From NCBI RefSeq assembly GCF_035594765.1, contig NC_085844.1, forward strand, positions 10,121,923 through 10,185,922: a stretch of DNA of 64,000 nt. The letters are read 5' to 3'. Source of the stretch: Anolis carolinensis (taxonomy: Eukaryota). Every line of letters begins with the position of its first letter. The first letter of the stretch is position 1. The notes below the pieces were generated by a model. The model did no database searches, was not told the origin of the DNA, and saw nothing but the letters and a program-made list of their open reading frames with translations. Positions 61,331 through 64,000 of the stretch are shown here, one piece after another. The position numbers and the translations under genes were made by a program.

Positions 61331-64000
61331 CCAGTAGGCTGTTGCTGAACAACCTATGAACTTTTAGCATTAAAGGAAAAAATGCCCAAGATTTTATCAC
61401 TTAATACTGTTGGCATGTCTGGAGAAGAAGAATAGAATGCTTCTATACCAGGCAAGGGCAAACTTTGCCCATGTCTGGAGTTAGGAATTGTAGGAGTTGA
61501 AATCCAAAACAATTTGACAGAAAACTGGGAGTTGTAGTTTGGCATGGTACTGGCTCTCTTCTGCAGGGAAGGCTAGGGACTTTGTAAAACTACAGCTCAC
61601 ATGATTACATGGCACTGAATCTGTTGCAATTGAGCTGGTGCCATAATCCTTTCAGGGAGATCTCCTCAGTGGAGATATCTCTTAAAGGGATATCCTCTGG
61701 CTCTAAGGATTCCGTTTAGGAAGGCTTGCCTGGCTCTGGTATTCCTCTTTAAGCCTGTCTGGAAAGAAGCAAAACCAAACACGCGGCTCCAAGGCAGGGC
61801 GAGGAGAAGGCCAAGCGCAGGCAGGCATGTCTCTTCTCTCTTCTCTTCCCTCCCTCCCTGCTTCTCTCTCTCTCTCTCTCAGAGAGAGAGAGAGAGAGAA
61901 GCAGGGAGGGGAGAGAGAGAAGGGAAGAGAGAGCAATGCCGAAGGCTTCTACTGAGCCGGTGGTCCCCGCGGGGGGGGGGGGTCTCAATGGCATTTTTAA
62001 AATGCTAGCAGATCGATGGCCATGCCTCTCCCTCCCTCCCTCTTCCGCTCTGATTGGCTGAGAGGCATGCCAACATGGCTTCTCCTCTCAGAGGGGCTAC
62101 AGCTACATCCGAAGACATCAGAAACAAACGAAAAAAGGTACTTTTATTATTCAAATTTGTAATATTTGTTAGGCAGTGAGCAGATGGTTCAAATATCAAT
62201 TCAAAAGTAATTACGAAACTAATTTTAAACGAATTTAACGAACTAACGAAAAATTTGCTCAAGCCTAGTAATCAGAATGCAGTCCAGGGAAACCCACACA
62301 GTTCCATCCCTCTGCTGCAGAGCAGTCCCAGATAACTTACATCCGAATCACAGTCCAAGTCCAGTCTTCACGGAAATACAGAGATCCCAATGGCACCTCA
62401 GCAACACCTTGCCACACGCAAAGTGCAGTGGCCAAACATTCCTATTTTATTCCCCTTCCTCCTGGGTGACCAAACACTCACACCCAAACACCAGGTGTCC
62501 CAAATCTACACAGAGTCTGAACTCCACACAGCTAGAGCTCGTGGATCTGGAGTACCTAGCAATTCGTCGGAGTCCCAATCATCCTGCCCACACTTAGCCC
62601 CATGAACACTTAAAGAACCATCCTCCCTTCTTCAAACATCCCAAGTGGGATCAGCTCCTGCAGAAACCCCAGGTTCAGTAGTATCCATAGGCCCCAAATC
62701 CCCAGACATCTCCGGTGGCTGTGCCCATTCAGTGCCCACTTCCTCAGCCACCACCTGTTCCTCAGCATCCATCTCCCCATCTGAATCTTCCTCAGAAGAT
62801 CCCCCATATGGCTCTCTAAGTTGCTTCCTGCGCAACTCCTCCAGTGAACCCTCATCACGAGGGTTTTTTCTTCCTCTTCAAATTCCATCACCATCAACCA
62901 TAATCCCCGAAGGCGCAGTCACAACACAACCTGAAACAACAAAATGGTTTACTCTTGTTGAAGTCTGAGTATACAGCAGTGAACTGACTGCATATATTAA
63001 TAACAGAACAGTGCAAATCTCTATGCTAGCAATGTTACACAGGTCTATGACACCAACAGGATTCTGGCCAATCTGATATTGCTTATGCCTTCTCTCACTA
63101 TTGGGATTACTCTTCTCTTCTACTTTGCTTTTGAGAATGTGCCTATGGTGTCTCTTATGCAGTACACTATTTGCAAGATCAGAAGTGATGCTAGTAGTCA
63201 TTGGAAGAAGGATCAGGCTTTCTCCCAGAAAAACCATCCACTTGGTTGAGGACAAGACCACACACACAAAATACATACTGTTTTGCAATTGATTTGCAAA
63301 CAAAATTTAGTCAGAAAGAAAATATTTGGAAAGATTGCTCTGGGGATGATGTACCTACTAAACCACACGCAGAGTAGGTTATTTTTGATTTATATATTTG
63401 TTATTGAACTACCTAGTGCCAATTCACATTACATAACTGTGGTTTGATTTTAACTATCCTAACTGCATCTTATAAACTCCTTGAAATTGTAGATCATGGA
63501 GGCACTGGGTTGAGAATTCTAAATACTGTTCACTAATCTGCAAATTCCAGGATTTCATAAGATGGAGTCATGCCAGTTAAAGTGAAATCATAATACTCTA
63601 AATGCATAGTGTGAACGGGACCCTAATGCTTCCCATTAGCCTTAAACAGGAATGATCTACGTATATAGATACAAAAATGCACCTCATCAGATTGGGGGTT
63701 GTATCTATAAAAAAACATTATGAAGTTGCTCTGAATGTGCAGAATACCTCAAAAGATATTGTTCAGAAGACTGCAGGTTCATCTAAACTATACAGTTATG
63801 CAGCCATGGAAGCCCTCTCATTGATCTTGGGCAACTCACAGTCTCTCAGCCTCAGAAGAAGACAAAGACAACTCCACTTTAGAACTGCCATGGGTTGGAA
63901 ACAACTGAAAGGCACAAAAGAGATGAGAGGTGACATGATAGTAATATATTCCAAAGAACATGAGCCAGTGGATTCAAATTAGAAGAAAAGAGATTCCACC

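Larger units (their letters stand above)
59183..62267. mobile_element. 3.1-kb composite non-autonomous hAT transposon
   Basis: TIR TAGGCTTGAGC / GCTCAAGCCTA; perfect 8-bp TSD GTAATCAG; subterminal TTCGTT/AACGAA repeats; internal SINE, L2 tail, MITE and Penelope pieces. Confidence 0.93.
58489..62926 (-). mobile_element. Solo LTR (~1345 bp after removing the insert) interrupted by a hAT element
   Basis: TG...CA termini; 5-bp TSD CAACC (58484-58488 and 62927-62931); AATAAA on - strand near 58530. Confidence 0.9.

Overview
AT-rich vertebrate genomic DNA with three N gaps. The repeat repertoire (Sauria-type SINEs, CR1, L2, RTE/BovB, Penelope, hAT and Tc1/mariner MITEs) points to a squamate, probably an Anolis-like lizard (inference). 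The window holds a tandem cluster of five MAS/MRGPR-like class A GPCR genes: three on + (main exons ~4.4-5.4, 13.0-14.0 and 27.9-28.9 kb) and two on - (34.1-35.1 and 51.9-52.8 kb). The ORF track misses a spliced N-terminus. Genes 1-3 each have a homologous upstream exon with a 47-nt ATG-initiated coding part, joined by a phase-2 intron. Gene 4 has a homologous exon plus an in-frame 27-nt micro-exon. Gene 2 is +1 frameshifted in a T8 run relative to this structure. Other notable items: two solo LTRs with 5-bp TSDs that each carry an acidic ORF at the U3 end; a 3.1-kb cargo-laden hAT element nested in one of them; and four Penelope-associated hammerhead ribozyme motifs. All calls come from reading the sequence by eye. 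TE family names are recalled from memory and no searches were run.
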